Of a DNA stretch of 64,000 nt, positions 18,792-28,713 are shown one piece after another. The notes under the pieces were generated by a model, which did not search any database, was not told the DNA's origin, and worked only from the letters and a program-made list of their open reading frames with translations. The DNA is from Thermodesulfobacteriota bacterium. Lineage in GTDB: Bacteria > Desulfobacterota > Desulfobacteria > Desulfobacterales > C00003060. Location: NCBI GenBank assembly GCA_034189385.1, contig JAXHVD010000002.1, positions 64,001 to 128,000 on the forward strand, given 5' to 3'. Within the stretch, counting starts at the first letter, position 1. Every line of letters starts with the position of its first letter. The translations under genes were made by a program, and so were the position numbers.

Positions 18792-19727
18792 TTGTTTAAG
18801 CTATCTAAGACAATCAGGGAACATTGGGACAAAAAAGACATGTCATTTAAAGAGAATAGGTTAAAGGTCGGCCGAAATGACCCTTGCCCTTGCGGCAGTG
18901 GCCTGAAATACAAGAAGTGCTGTCTTGGGAAAAAGAGCCCCCCTTTTGAAAGCCTCAAGGATCTGTACTTTCAGAAGCACAAGATCCGTCTTAAAGCTCG
19001 AGGAGACATTGAACATATCAGAACGGCAGGACGTCTGGCCCTGGAAACCCTGGATTTGGCCGAGGAGGCCATCAGGCCAGGGATCACGACCGATGAGATC
19101 AACACCCTGGTCCATGAATTTACGCTCAAAAGGGGTGCCATTCCTGCCCCCCTCAACTATAAAGGCTTTCCTAAGAGTGTATGCGTTTCTGCCAATGAAG
19201 TCATTTGTCACGGGATTCCTGGGGACAGGGTCCTAAAGGAAGGAGACATTGTCAATGTAGATGTCACTCCTATCTTAAATGGATATCATGCCGACACCAG
19301 CAAAACCTTTTTCGTTGGAAAACCGGGTGCGAAGGCAAAAAGGATCGTTACCGTGGCTCGAGAGTGTTTGAGAAGAGGCATGGAAGAAATACGTCCCGGA
19401 AACACCGTGGGAGACATAGGTTGGGCCATTCAGACCTATGCAGAAGGGGAGGGCTGTTCAGTGGTGAGAGAATTCGTGGGCCATGGTGTCGGGTTTGAGT
19501 TTCATGAACCCCCTCAGATTCCCCACTACGGTCAGAAAGGAGAAGGGGTTGCCCTGGTTCCAGGCATGGTGTTCACGGTGGAACCCATGATCAACTTGGG
19601 CAAAAAAGACCTTCGGATTTTGGAAGACAGGTGGACAGCCGTGACAGCCGATGGGTCCCTTTCTGCCCAGTTTGAACAAACGATCCTTGTTACGGTGGAT
19701 GGCTTTGAAAGCCTCACCCCTTTTTGA
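18792..19727 (+). CDS. map: Type I methionine aminopeptidase with N-terminal SEC-C motif
   Basis: [45 protein letters not shown]. Confidence 0.93.
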   Translation: MFKLSKTIREHWDKKDMSFKENRLKVGRNDPCPCGSGLKYKKCCLGKKSPPFESLKDLYFQKHKIRLKARGDIEHIRTAGRLALETLDLAEEAIRPGITTDEINTLVHEFTLKRGAIPAPLNYKGFPKSVCVSANEVICHGIPGDRVLKEGDIVNVDVTPILNGYHADTSKTFFVGKPGAKAKRIVTVARECLRRGMEEIRPGNTVGDIGWAIQTYAEGEGCSVVREFVGHGVGFEFHEPPQIPHYGQKGEGVALVPGMVFTVEPMINLGKKDLRILEDRWTAVTADGSLSAQFEQTILVTVDGFESLTPF

Positions 19728-19828
19728 CTGAAACCAAGGTTTCCGCTGGTCTCCACCCACCGGAGCGGAGCCTGCCTCTATGGGACGAACGGATCCCGCT
19801 TTAAACCATCCTTATCAGACATAATACC

Positions 19829-20746
19829 TTGATTTCCCGCTTTGTAGAAGAGGCCAAGAATTTAGGGTTTGTAGCTGTGGGCTTTTCCAGGCCCCAAAAG
19901 CCTTTGTTCTTTGATCAATTCTGTTCATGGGTCAGTGCCGGCAAGCATGGAGAAATGGCCTGGCTAGAACGGTATCAGGAATTGAGAGAGAATCCAACGG
20001 GGCTCTTGGCGGGTTGCCAGACAGTGATCTCCTTGGCCTATCCCTACGGCTCGAAGAAGCCGATGACCCCTGACGGTTTTACTGTGGCAAGATATGCAGA
20101 ACCGCGCAAAGCGGACTATCACGATCGGTTGAGGAGACTGGCCCGGCAGTTGATCCATGACCTTGCCGACAGGTATCCGGGAAGTAAGACAAGGATCTGT
20201 GTTGATTCGGCGCCCATTCTTGAAAGGAGCTTCGCCTATGCGTCGGGCATGGGGTTTATTGGGAAAAACAATATGCTCATTGTCCCTGGTCATGGGTCAT
20301 ATGTCTTCCTGTTGGAGATTCTTACTACGGCCCTTTTGCCGCGGTCGACGAGTCCGCCCATGGAAACCCAATGCGGCTCCTGTACCCGATGCGTAGATCT
20401 TTGTCCCACTGGGGCCCTTGAAGGTCCCTTTTCTATAAATGCCTCAAAATGCCTGTCGTACTTGACCATTGAGTATAGCGGGGCAATCGACCGTCAGACA
20501 GGAAGAAAAATGTCACGCTGTTGTTTTGGTTGCGATGTCTGCCAGGAAGTGTGTCCGTTTAACCAGGGCCGGTCAGCAATGGATCTTTGCCTGCCGTCAA
20601 CAGACGAGATCCTAGCCATGGGGAAAAGGCATTTTGAGAGGAGGTTTGGCAACACTGCCTTTGCTCGAGCAGGCCTGGAAAAGGTGAAGGCCAATATCAG
20701 GGCTGTGAGATCTCAATCCCCCCGTTCATTTTCAGAGCCACCCTGA
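19829..20746 (+). CDS. queG: Epoxyqueuosine reductase
   Basis: DYH, VDSAPILER, GKN, CGSCTRCVDLCPT, CLSYLTIE, GCDVCQEVCP. Confidence 0.9.
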   Translation: MISRFVEEAKNLGFVAVGFSRPQKPLFFDQFCSWVSAGKHGEMAWLERYQELRENPTGLLAGCQTVISLAYPYGSKKPMTPDGFTVARYAEPRKADYHDRLRRLARQLIHDLADRYPGSKTRICVDSAPILERSFAYASGMGFIGKNNMLIVPGHGSYVFLLEILTTALLPRSTSPPMETQCGSCTRCVDLCPTGALEGPFSINASKCLSYLTIEYSGAIDRQTGRKMSRCCFGCDVCQEVCPFNQGRSAMDLCLPSTDEILAMGKRHFERRFGNTAFARAGLEKVKANIRAVRSQSPRSFSEPP

Positions 20747-20752
20747 AAGACT

Positions 20753-21685
20753 ATGATGGAGTGTGTACTTCTCGGTTCAGGGGGCATGGCGCCCATGCCC
20801 TACCGCTCACTGACCTCCCTGGCTGTCCGCCACCAGGGAGATCTCTATCTCTTTGACGCCGGGGAAGGGGCTCAGGTAGGTCTTAAAAAGGCCAAGTTAG
20901 GCATTAAGGCCCTTCGGGTCCTTGCGATCAGCCACCTGCATGGAGACCATTGCCTGGGTGTACCAGGGCTTCTCATGATGAGAGCTCAGGTGCCGGAGCC
21001 CGGTCCTCTCACCATCCTTGGGCCTTCGGGGATCAAGGAATTCATTTCACATCTGCACCAGTCTCTGGGCTTTTTCCTCAACTATCCAATGGAGTTCGTG
21101 GAATGGAACGAGGCTGCCTCTCATGTGGCTTATGAGGATGAAAGGGTCCGTATCCTTTGGAGGCCTCTAAAACATACCAGCTTCTGCCTGGGGTATCGTC
21201 TTGAAGAACACCCCCGTCCAGGGAAGTTCAGAGCCCAGGCGGCACAGGCCCTTGGCGTGCCAAGTGGCCCCATGTGGGGAGAACTGCAAAGGGGCAATGA
21301 AGTGATCTTGAAAGATGGGACCAGGATCTCTCCGAATCAGGTCTTGGGCAGTTCCAGACCAGGGCGTCAGGTGTGTTATGCCGTGGACACCCGACCAAGC
21401 AAGGACCTGTATCGCCTTTGTGAAGATGTGGATCTGGCCTTTCTGGACGGTATGTTCCTTCCAGAACACGAGGCAGAGGCAGAGGCCAAGGGGCATATGA
21501 CGGTAGATGATGCTGCCCGTGTGGCTTCCAGGGCAGGCGTTGGCCGGGCGGTCCTTGTGCACATCAGCCCCCGGTATCGGGAGGAAGTGCTGGAAGAACT
21601 CACCGCTGCGGCAGTCAAGAGATTTGAAAATGCTGAGATGGGCCGCGACCTTCAGTCATACCTTGTTGACCTGAAGAACGAGTGA
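20753..21685 (+). CDS. rnz: Ribonuclease Z
   Basis: DAGEG, SHLHGDH, GVPSGP exosite, DTRP, HISPRY. Confidence 0.9.
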   Translation: MMECVLLGSGGMAPMPYRSLTSLAVRHQGDLYLFDAGEGAQVGLKKAKLGIKALRVLAISHLHGDHCLGVPGLLMMRAQVPEPGPLTILGPSGIKEFISHLHQSLGFFLNYPMEFVEWNEAASHVAYEDERVRILWRPLKHTSFCLGYRLEEHPRPGKFRAQAAQALGVPSGPMWGELQRGNEVILKDGTRISPNQVLGSSRPGRQVCYAVDTRPSKDLYRLCEDVDLAFLDGMFLPEHEAEAEAKGHMTVDDAARVASRAGVGRAVLVHISPRYREEVLEELTAAAVKRFENAEMGRDLQSYLVDLKNE

Positions 21686-22240
21686 AGCTCAGCGATCCGG
21701 CAGCGGAATAGGTGGTTGAAACATAATACCTCAGATTGCACACGTATCACCTTTCTGAAATAACCGGTAAAAATGTGCCAAAGTCTCTGGAAAACCGAAG
21801 GGCTCTGGTTTGGACTTTTCTATCCAATGGGAGCCTCGGGATGGAGAAATCCGCTTCTCTTCGGCCTCCAATGCCTTCAGTAGCTGTGCGGAGATTGTAG
21901 GTGGCAATGGCTGTAGACCTTCGTTCAGCGAATTTCTCCATCCCTCTGTTGCCAGATTTGGGGGGTGCCAGTCTTGATACACCTGCTGTTGGTGAAAACG
22001 AGTGATGCGAAACTAGAGGCACTATCACCGGGTCATGGCACGTGTCAGCCCCATTGCTATTTCCTTGGGTTTTGAGAAATGAAAGATATCGGTTTGGGTA
22101 AAGGCCGACGAGTGATTATATTTTTGTGACATGGTATTTTCTCTCAAAGGGGGACAGGGCCGAAAGGAGACAGGCACAGGGCCCAGAAAGCTTTCGGTCA
22201 CGATAGCAACACCTGCGGCGATATGAGAGGAGGGGATCAC

Positions 22241-22438
22241 ATGACAACGGTGAAGATAAAAGGGATGTCGTGCAATCATTGTGTCATGGCCGTTACCAAG
22301 GCCCTAAGGGAGATCGACGGGGTGAAAGACGTGGAAGTTGACCTCAAAAAAGGTGAGGCCACCTTTGACGCCACAACGTCCGTCCACATGGACATGGTGC
22401 GTACAAAGATCAAGAAGGCAGGCTATGACGTTGACTGA
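22241..22438 (+). CDS. copZ: Copper chaperone (HMA domain)
   Basis: GMSCNHC motif, about 65 aa, RBS GAGGAGG, overlaps copA start. Confidence 0.88.
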   Translation: MTTVKIKGMSCNHCVMAVTKALREIDGVKDVEVDLKKGEATFDATTSVHMDMVRTKIKKAGYDVD

Positions 22439-24662
22439 TAAAGTCACCCTGAACATCGGCGGTATGACGTGCGCAGCCTGTGTCCGGCGGATAGAGACTG
22501 CCTTGAACATGGTGGACGGGGTGGATAATGCTTCTGTAAACCTTGCTACGGGAAAAGCAACGGTCATCCACCACTCAGCTTGGGCCGGCTTGGAAGAACT
22601 GAAAACCGTCATCTCTGACGCCGGGTTCGAGTTGCTGGGTATTTCAGAACAGGCCCTTGAGGACTCTGCACAGCTGGCACGGGAAAGGGAAATAAAAGAG
22701 CTGAAGGTGAAGTTCTTTGTGGGCCTGGCATTGAGTGTCTTTGTTTTTGCTGGTTCCATGCAAGACTGGTTTCCCTTCCTTCGGCCGATTCCGAGACAGG
22801 TGATGCTTTTTTGTGTCTTTGGGCTCACCACCCCTGTGGTCTTCTGGGTCGGGGGCCGGTTCTTTTCAGGGGCCATCAAGGCTGCTAGACAAAGGACCTC
22901 AGACATGAACACCCTGGTGGCAGTGGGCGCCCTTTCCGCTTATCTCTATTCCACTGTGGCCACCTTCTTTCCGAATGCTTTTGCAGGTGCAGGTGTGGCT
23001 CCCCATGTCTATTTCGACGGGGCGGCTATGATCATCACACTGATCCTTTTGGGCCGGCTGCTGGAGGCCAAAACCAAGGGAAAGACCTCCCAGGCTATCA
23101 AACGGCTCATGGGGCTCAAGCCCAAGACTGCCTGGGTCATAAGGGACGGCAAGGGAATGGATATCCCCATAGAGGCCGTGACAAAAGGGGACCTCCTATT
23201 GGTGCGGCCCGGGGAGAAGATCCCCACAGACGGAGTCCTCGTCTCAGGATCATCTTCAGTGGATGAATCCATGCTCACGGGAGAAAGCGTTCCTTTGGTC
23301 AAGGGGGTGGGAAACGAGGTCTTTGCGGCGACCCTCAATAAGAGCGGGAGCTTCACCTTTCGGGCGACCAAAGTCGGGGCTGAGACAGCGCTTGCCCAGA
23401 TTATCCGACTGGTGGAAGAGGCACAAGGATCGAAAGCCCCCATTCAACGGATTGCCGACAAGGTGGCATCCATTTTTGTGCCCGTGGTTTTTGGGATTGC
23501 CGTCCTGACTTTTGTCGTCTGGTACTTCCTCGTGCCAGAGCCCGTATTCAGCCGTGCCCTCCTCAATTTTGTCTCCGTCCTGATCATTGCATGTCCCTGT
23601 GCCATGGGCCTGGCAACACCCACAGCAGTGATGGTGGGTACGGGTCTTGGGGCAGAAAACGGTATCCTGATCAAAGGTGGAGAAAGCCTGGAAAAGGCGT
23701 ACAAACTCACTACAGTGGTTTTTGACAAAACAGGCACCTTGACCAAAGGAGAGCTTGAGGTTACAGACGTAATTACCGCAGAAGGGGTGGAGCAAGAAGC
23801 GCTTCTAAGGGCCGCCGTTTCTGTTGAGGCTGTTTCGGAACATCCCCTGGCACAAGCCGTAGTGGAGAAAGGACGTCAGCAAGGAATCCTTCCCGGGGCC
23901 GTGACTTCCTTTGAAGCCATATCAGGGCTGGGGGCAAAGGCTGTGCTACATGGCAGCAAATGCCTTGTCGGAAACGGGCGGTTCATGGAAAAAGAGGGCA
24001 TGAAGATCAATGGCCTGTACCAAGAGGGAAAAAGGCTGGCCAACGAGGGCAAGACCTGTGTCTTTGTAGCAGAAGGGGACCGTGCCATAGGTCTCATTGG
24101 CCTTTCAGATGTGCCCAAGGATTCAGCTGGCGAAGCGGTGACTGCCCTGAAGGCCATGGGCTTGGAAGTGGCCATGATCACCGGCGATAATGAGACCACT
24201 GCCAGGGGCGTAGGCCATGCCGTTGGCATCCATGAGATAATGGCCGAAGTGCTTCCTGGTGAGAAGGCAGCGGCAATAACGCGTCTAAAGGCCGAGGGAA
24301 AGACCGTAGCCATGGTAGGAGACGGCATCAACGATGCCCCTGCCCTGACAACGGCAGACATCGGGATTGCCATCGGTGCCGGGACGGATGTGGCCATGGA
24401 GGCCAGCGATATTACCCTGATCAGAGATGACCTGCAATCCGTTCCCGCAGCCGTGCGGCTTTCCTTTCAGGCCATGAAGGTGATCAAACAGAACCTTTTT
24501 TGGGCCTTTTTCTACAACAGTCTTGGGATTCCTATTGCAGCGGGCGCCCTATATCCATTTTTTGGAATCCTGTTGAATCCTGTCTTTGCGGCAGCGGCCA
24601 TGGCCATGAGTTCCGTTTCCGTGGTCAGCAATTCGCTCCGTCTTAGAAACTCATGGCCCTAG
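22425..24662 (+). CDS. copA: Cu(I)-translocating P1B-type ATPase
   Basis: GMTCAAC, TGES, CPC, DKTGT, SEHP, GDGIND, YN and MAMSS motifs. Confidence 0.95.
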   Translation: MTLTDKVTLNIGGMTCAACVRRIETALNMVDGVDNASVNLATGKATVIHHSAWAGLEELKTVISDAGFELLGISEQALEDSAQLAREREIKELKVKFFVGLALSVFVFAGSMQDWFPFLRPIPRQVMLFCVFGLTTPVVFWVGGRFFSGAIKAARQRTSDMNTLVAVGALSAYLYSTVATFFPNAFAGAGVAPHVYFDGAAMIITLILLGRLLEAKTKGKTSQAIKRLMGLKPKTAWVIRDGKGMDIPIEAVTKGDLLLVRPGEKIPTDGVLVSGSSSVDESMLTGESVPLVKGVGNEVFAATLNKSGSFTFRATKVGAETALAQIIRLVEEAQGSKAPIQRIADKVASIFVPVVFGIAVLTFVVWYFLVPEPVFSRALLNFVSVLIIACPCAMGLATPTAVMVGTGLGAENGILIKGGESLEKAYKLTTVVFDKTGTLTKGELEVTDVITAEGVEQEALLRAAVSVEAVSEHPLAQAVVEKGRQQGILPGAVTSFEAISGLGAKAVLHGSKCLVGNGRFMEKEGMKINGLYQEGKRLANEGKTCVFVAEGDRAIGLIGLSDVPKDSAGEAVTALKAMGLEVAMITGDNETTARGVGHAVGIHEIMAEVLPGEKAAAITRLKAEGKTVAMVGDGINDAPALTTADIGIAIGAGTDVAMEASDITLIRDDLQSVPAAVRLSFQAMKVIKQNLFWAFFYNSLGIPIAAGALYPFFGILLNPVFAAAAMAMSSVSVVSNSLRLRNSWP

Positions 24663-24701
24663 TTGAGAAGCGGGTAGCCGTTTCCATCGGCTCCTGGCCT
24701 G

Positions 24702-26090
24702 CTAGATCTTTGCCTCCAGCGGCAGTGTTATCGTGAATGTGGTTCCGGCCCTCTCCTCGCTTTCAACCACAATCTTGCCACCATGGGCTTTGACAATGTC
24801 ATAGGTAATGCTAAGGCCGAGTCCAGTCCCCTGTCCCACCGGCTTGGTAGTGAAGAAAGGGTCAAACACCTTGAAAAGATCCCTCTTAGGAATACCGCAC
24901 CCTGTATCGGAAATGGATAACTCCACGCATTTGTCATCTGCCCGATTTCCTTTTTGTTTGTAGCTCCCAGCTATCGTGATAGTCCCCTTTGCTTCAATGG
25001 CCTGAGCCGCATTAACCAGTATATTCATAAAGACCTGGCTCACCTTGTGAGGGAAGCACTTGACCTTAGGGAGTTCATCAAAGTTTATGACAATCTCCAC
25101 CTTATACTTGAGTTCGTTGTGTATGATGTTCAGAGTGGCATCCATGACCTCTTTGATGTCGACATACTTCAGCTCTTCCTGGTGAACCCTGGAAAACGTC
25201 TTAAGGTCCTTGACAATCTTGCCCACCCGTTCAGTTCCATCGAGGGATTCTTCTGCCAGATTCACTAGGTCTTGCAGGATGAAGTCGATTTTTTGTCTTT
25301 CCTTAAAGTCTCTAATCTCTTCAAGAGAGTCTTGCCCCTTGCTCCAATGGCTTCGATCCACAAGGGCTTCCAGCTGTTCATACTTCTCTAGAAGATCTCG
25401 AATTCTTACGCAATACTTTTTGATACTCGACAGGTTGCCGTTTATAAAGGAAATGGGGTTGTTCATTTCGTGGGCCACCCCGGCAGCAAGGGTACCGATA
25501 GAGGCCATCTTCTCAGATTGAACGAGAAGGGCTGTCTGCTGATCCACTTTCTCTTTCAGGTTTTTGTTGATGTCTTCCAGCTTACTAGAGAGCAACTCTC
25601 TTTCGGACTCAAGGTTCCACTGGTTGGTCAGGGCACGGGCGAATTGCTTTATCTCTCCAGGGTGGAAGGGCTTGCGGAGATAAAAGAGGTCATCCCGGCC
25701 AGTGACCCGGATGATGTCATCGGGTTTGAATTCGCTGAAGGCTGTGACAATGACAAGCTTTATCCTAGGGTCCATCGCCCATATCCGCTTGGAAGTCTCA
25801 GCCCCATCAATACCCGGCATCCTCATGTCGATAAAGGCTGCGGCAAAATGGTGGTTATGGTCAACCGCCTTTTGAACTGCCTTGACTGCTTCTTCTCCTG
25901 TCTCAGCTAGAGTCAAATCATATTCCTTTTCGTCTCTGGAGACCAACTCCGCTGCTTCTGCTGGTTCGTCACGGGGAGAAACCGATTTGGCGGTCAGGCC
26001 CTCCGTGGGATTTGGGCCGAGAAAATACTTGTAGGAATGCCTAATCCCACGATCATCATCAACAATCAGTATTCTGTTATTCTCTGTCAT
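24702..26090 (-). CDS. Receiver-domain / histidine kinase hybrid
   Basis: N-terminal receiver (VDDD, DMRMP, KPF), AHEMNNP H-box, GTGLGL. Confidence 0.88.
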   Translation of the reverse strand: MTENNRILIVDDDRGIRHSYKYFLGPNPTEGLTAKSVSPRDEPAEAAELVSRDEKEYDLTLAETGEEAVKAVQKAVDHNHHFAAAFIDMRMPGIDGAETSKRIWAMDPRIKLVIVTAFSEFKPDDIIRVTGRDDLFYLRKPFHPGEIKQFARALTNQWNLESERELLSSKLEDINKNLKEKVDQQTALLVQSEKMASIGTLAAGVAHEMNNPISFINGNLSSIKKYCVRIRDLLEKYEQLEALVDRSHWSKGQDSLEEIRDFKERQKIDFILQDLVNLAEESLDGTERVGKIVKDLKTFSRVHQEELKYVDIKEVMDATLNIIHNELKYKVEIVINFDELPKVKCFPHKVSQVFMNILVNAAQAIEAKGTITIAGSYKQKGNRADDKCVELSISDTGCGIPKRDLFKVFDPFFTTKPVGQGTGLGLSITYDIVKAHGGKIVVESEERAGTTFTITLPLEAKI

Positions 26091-26406
26091 TTTCTCCCGC
26101 CTCTTGCTACTTGCCAGGACCAATAACATGGCAAGGTTGGGAATCTATACCTTGACCGACTGCGAATCGTCAAGGGGATCCCTGTGACAGTACAGAATGG
26201 CCCCTATCGAATCCTGACGAAGCCTCCTTGAGTGGCAGCCTCATAAAGAGTAGGCTTCCATCAAGGGGGACAGATTCAGGATCGTTGTATCCAAGAAAAT
26301 CCCCTGCTTTGTGAGTAAACAAAGTCAAAGGATGATGACCCGTGTATCTGCGAGTGTCGAGGAGGAGGTTTGGTTTTCTGTTGGAATGATCAATGGGGAT
26401 TTGCGG

Positions 26407-26443
26407 AAAAAGCGCTCACAGGCAGGCGGGTGCCTGTGGGCTC
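26407..26443 (-). terminator. Rho-independent terminator of the small Cys-rich gene
   Basis: CACAGGCA/TGCCTGTG hairpin followed by a T-tract on the minus strand. Confidence 0.55.
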
Positions 26444-26495
26444 TATAGAAGTTGGAGGCCTAAGTGGGACTGGTGCGGCAGGTTACATCATCTTA

Positions 26496-26750
26496 CTAGT
26501 CGGCTGCAACTTCCCGGGAGGCAACCCTCTGTAACCTCGTAGGCTTCTTTAGCGCCATCTTGGCCTTATAGATTTCACATGCCTCATAGTTTTTCATGCA
26601 ATAATGCACAACGTTTACTATTTTTTGGCTATTCATATTCTTACAATAGCACTGATCAAAACGGCAGGCTATCAGAGGACACTGAGAGGTTACGTCCATC
26701 TTGTATAATTTAACCCTGGGCTTCTTTCCTTTTGTGATGTCTCTTGTCAT
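26496..26750 (-). CDS. Small Cys-rich hypothetical protein (84 aa)
   Basis: RBS GAGGAGG before ATG at 26750; CPLIAC..CYC...YC...Y..CEIY; has its own promoter and terminator. Confidence 0.7.
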   Translation of the reverse strand: MTRDITKGKKPRVKLYKMDVTSQCPLIACRFDQCYCKNMNSQKIVNVVHYCMKNYEACEIYKAKMALKKPTRLQRVASREVAAD

Positions 26751-26805
26751 TGACGATCCTCCTCGTGGCATATTCTTGTTCCTGTTCTGTTTATCATTCT
26801 CGTAA

Positions 26806-26822
26806 AGCCAGAAATGTGCCAA
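26806..26822 (-). promoter_or_regulatory. Sigma-54 (-24/-12) promoter
   Basis: Minus strand TTGGCACATTTCTGGCT = GG-N10-GC. Confidence 0.65.
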
Positions 26823-26984
26823 AGGGAAGATCTGTGTCTATCTTGTTGAAATATTAACGGATATGAGATGTCGATGGGCCTAAATGGAGTCGGCGGCTCA
26901 TCAAATTGACAGGGTGCTACCAGATGAGTCTATCAGGGTGAAAACGAAGGGCCTGCAGTAGTACAAGACTCGGGACATGGTGGG

Positions 26985-28358
26985 CTAGCCACTGATGCCA
27001 TATTTCTTTATCTTCCGATAAAGGGTGGCCTCTCCAATACCAAGGATCTCTGCCGCCCTTTTTCGGTTCTGACCACTCTTGCCCAGGGCATTCCGAATGG
27101 CCGCTTCTTCGTACGCATCCAGGCTATCTTCTGAGACACGAATGGTGTCCAGGGAAGGTTCTTCAGGGGAGAGATGAATATTCGAGGGTAAATCTTCAGG
27201 CATGATAGTTTGCCCCTTGCCTAAGGCTACGGCCCTGCGCAACACGTTTTCCAGTTCTCGTATATTTCCAGGCCAGTTATGGTTTTCCAGGCAAATGAGG
27301 GCTTCCTTTGAGATCTCTTCCACAGGTGAGAAGTCTGTGGCAAAGCGCTTCAAAAAAAAGTTTGCCAGCAACGGTATATCTTCTCTGCGATCCCGGAGGG
27401 GCAAGACATTGATGGCAACCACGTTCAACCTGTAAAAGAGGTCTTCACGAAAATTTCCCAGAGAGACTTCCTCAGTCAGATCACGATTTGTTGCTGCCAC
27501 AATCCTCACGTCTACGGGATAACTCGTGCTGCTGCCTACAGGTCGGACTTCTCTCTCCTGAATGGTTCTCAAAAGCTTTGCCTGAATGGCCGGAGAGAGT
27601 TCACCCACCTCATCCAGAAATAGCGTCCCTTTGTCGGCTGAACGAATAAGCCCCAGGGTAGAGATATGAGCTCCAGTAAAGGCGCCCTTTAAGTGGCCGA
27701 AAAGCTCACTCTCTATAACTGTTTCACTAATGGCGGCACAATCAACAGGAACAAAGCTCTTCTCAGACCGCAGACTATGATAGTGGATCGCCCTGGCCAC
27801 CAACTCCTTTCCCGTTCCAGTTTCCCCTTGAATAAGGACAGACGTATCCCCCGGTCCGATGTGAGCGATGGTCTCCTTCAATCTTAGCATGGCAGTGGCG
27901 TTACCGATCAGATGATCAAACCCGAACTGAGATTCTATCTTGTCTCTGAGGGCACGGTTTTCCTCCCTCAATGCCCATATGTTGTGTAGCTGAGCCACCC
28001 TAGCCCGCAACCCTTCAGGTGAAAAAGGCTTTTCCAGAAAATCATCTGCCCCCAGTTTCATGGCCTCCACGGCCTCCTTAATCCCCCCGTGGCCCGTAAG
28101 CATAATCACCATAAGCGCCGGGGAGGCCTTTTTCATCTCTTTTAAGAGGGCAAATCCGTCCATCCCCGGCATCTTGAGATCCACCAGTGCCGCGTCGATC
28201 CTTGCCTTGCCCATGATTTCAAGGGCATCCTCTCCGCTCTGGGCACTGTGAAGGTCATAATCATCGTCAAAGAAGACCCTCTTCAGCGAGGAAATCACCG
28301 CAGGCTCGTCGTCAACCATGAGGAGGGAGAATCTGGAGGGGCTGACCATCATGTTCAT
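26985..28358 (-). CDS. Sigma-54-dependent response regulator (NtrC family)
   Basis: Receiver, GETGTGKE, GAFTGA, FREDLFYRL, Fis-type HTH; start trimmed to the MNMMV cluster. Confidence 0.93.
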   Translation of the reverse strand: MNMMVSPSRFSLLMVDDEPAVISSLKRVFFDDDYDLHSAQSGEDALEIMGKARIDAALVDLKMPGMDGFALLKEMKKASPALMVIMLTGHGGIKEAVEAMKLGADDFLEKPFSPEGLRARVAQLHNIWALREENRALRDKIESQFGFDHLIGNATAMLRLKETIAHIGPGDTSVLIQGETGTGKELVARAIHYHSLRSEKSFVPVDCAAISETVIESELFGHLKGAFTGAHISTLGLIRSADKGTLFLDEVGELSPAIQAKLLRTIQEREVRPVGSSTSYPVDVRIVAATNRDLTEEVSLGNFREDLFYRLNVVAINVLPLRDRREDIPLLANFFLKRFATDFSPVEEISKEALICLENHNWPGNIRELENVLRRAVALGKGQTIMPEDLPSNIHLSPEEPSLDTIRVSEDSLDAYEEAAIRNALGKSGQNRKRAAEILGIGEATLYRKIKKYGISG

Positions 28359-28494
28359 GTCAATAATATTGCCATAAAATAGTAGGGATTTCAAGAAAAA
28401 ACTATCATATTGATAGTTCCGAGGCAAGGATCGTGTGCGCCTGAAAAAAAGAGGCCTTTGCAGCCCCGTGGAGATACCCAACGGGATGGGACGG

Positions 28495-28713
28495 TCAGAG
28501 CTGGGAATGGTTCTCTGACACCGTGTCGCCCTTTTCCTGAAAGTCAGGACAAGTGTGCGTGGGAAGAAGATACCAATCGTGGAGCGCGCAAATGCCGGCA
28601 TCTCCTCGACAGGAACCGTGAACAGAACTTAAAATATTGATCCCTTTGAAAGTCTCTTCAAGCATCAGGGGGTCATTGTTGAAGTGTTTGCAGTGACCAC
28701 ATACACGACTCAT
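28495..28713 (-). CDS. Small Cys/His-rich hypothetical protein (72 aa)
   Basis: ATGA overlap with the transporter stop; CGHCKHF, GIC, C..F pattern. Confidence 0.65.
   Translation of the reverse strand: MSRVCGHCKHFNNDPLMLEETFKGINILSSVHGSCRGDAGICALHDWYLLPTHTCPDFQEKGDTVSENHSQL

Noticed and set aside
21731..22028. 83-aa and 93-aa minus-strand ORFs in the rnz-copZ spacer
   Set aside because: Weak starts, no motifs, and they overlap an inverted repeat.
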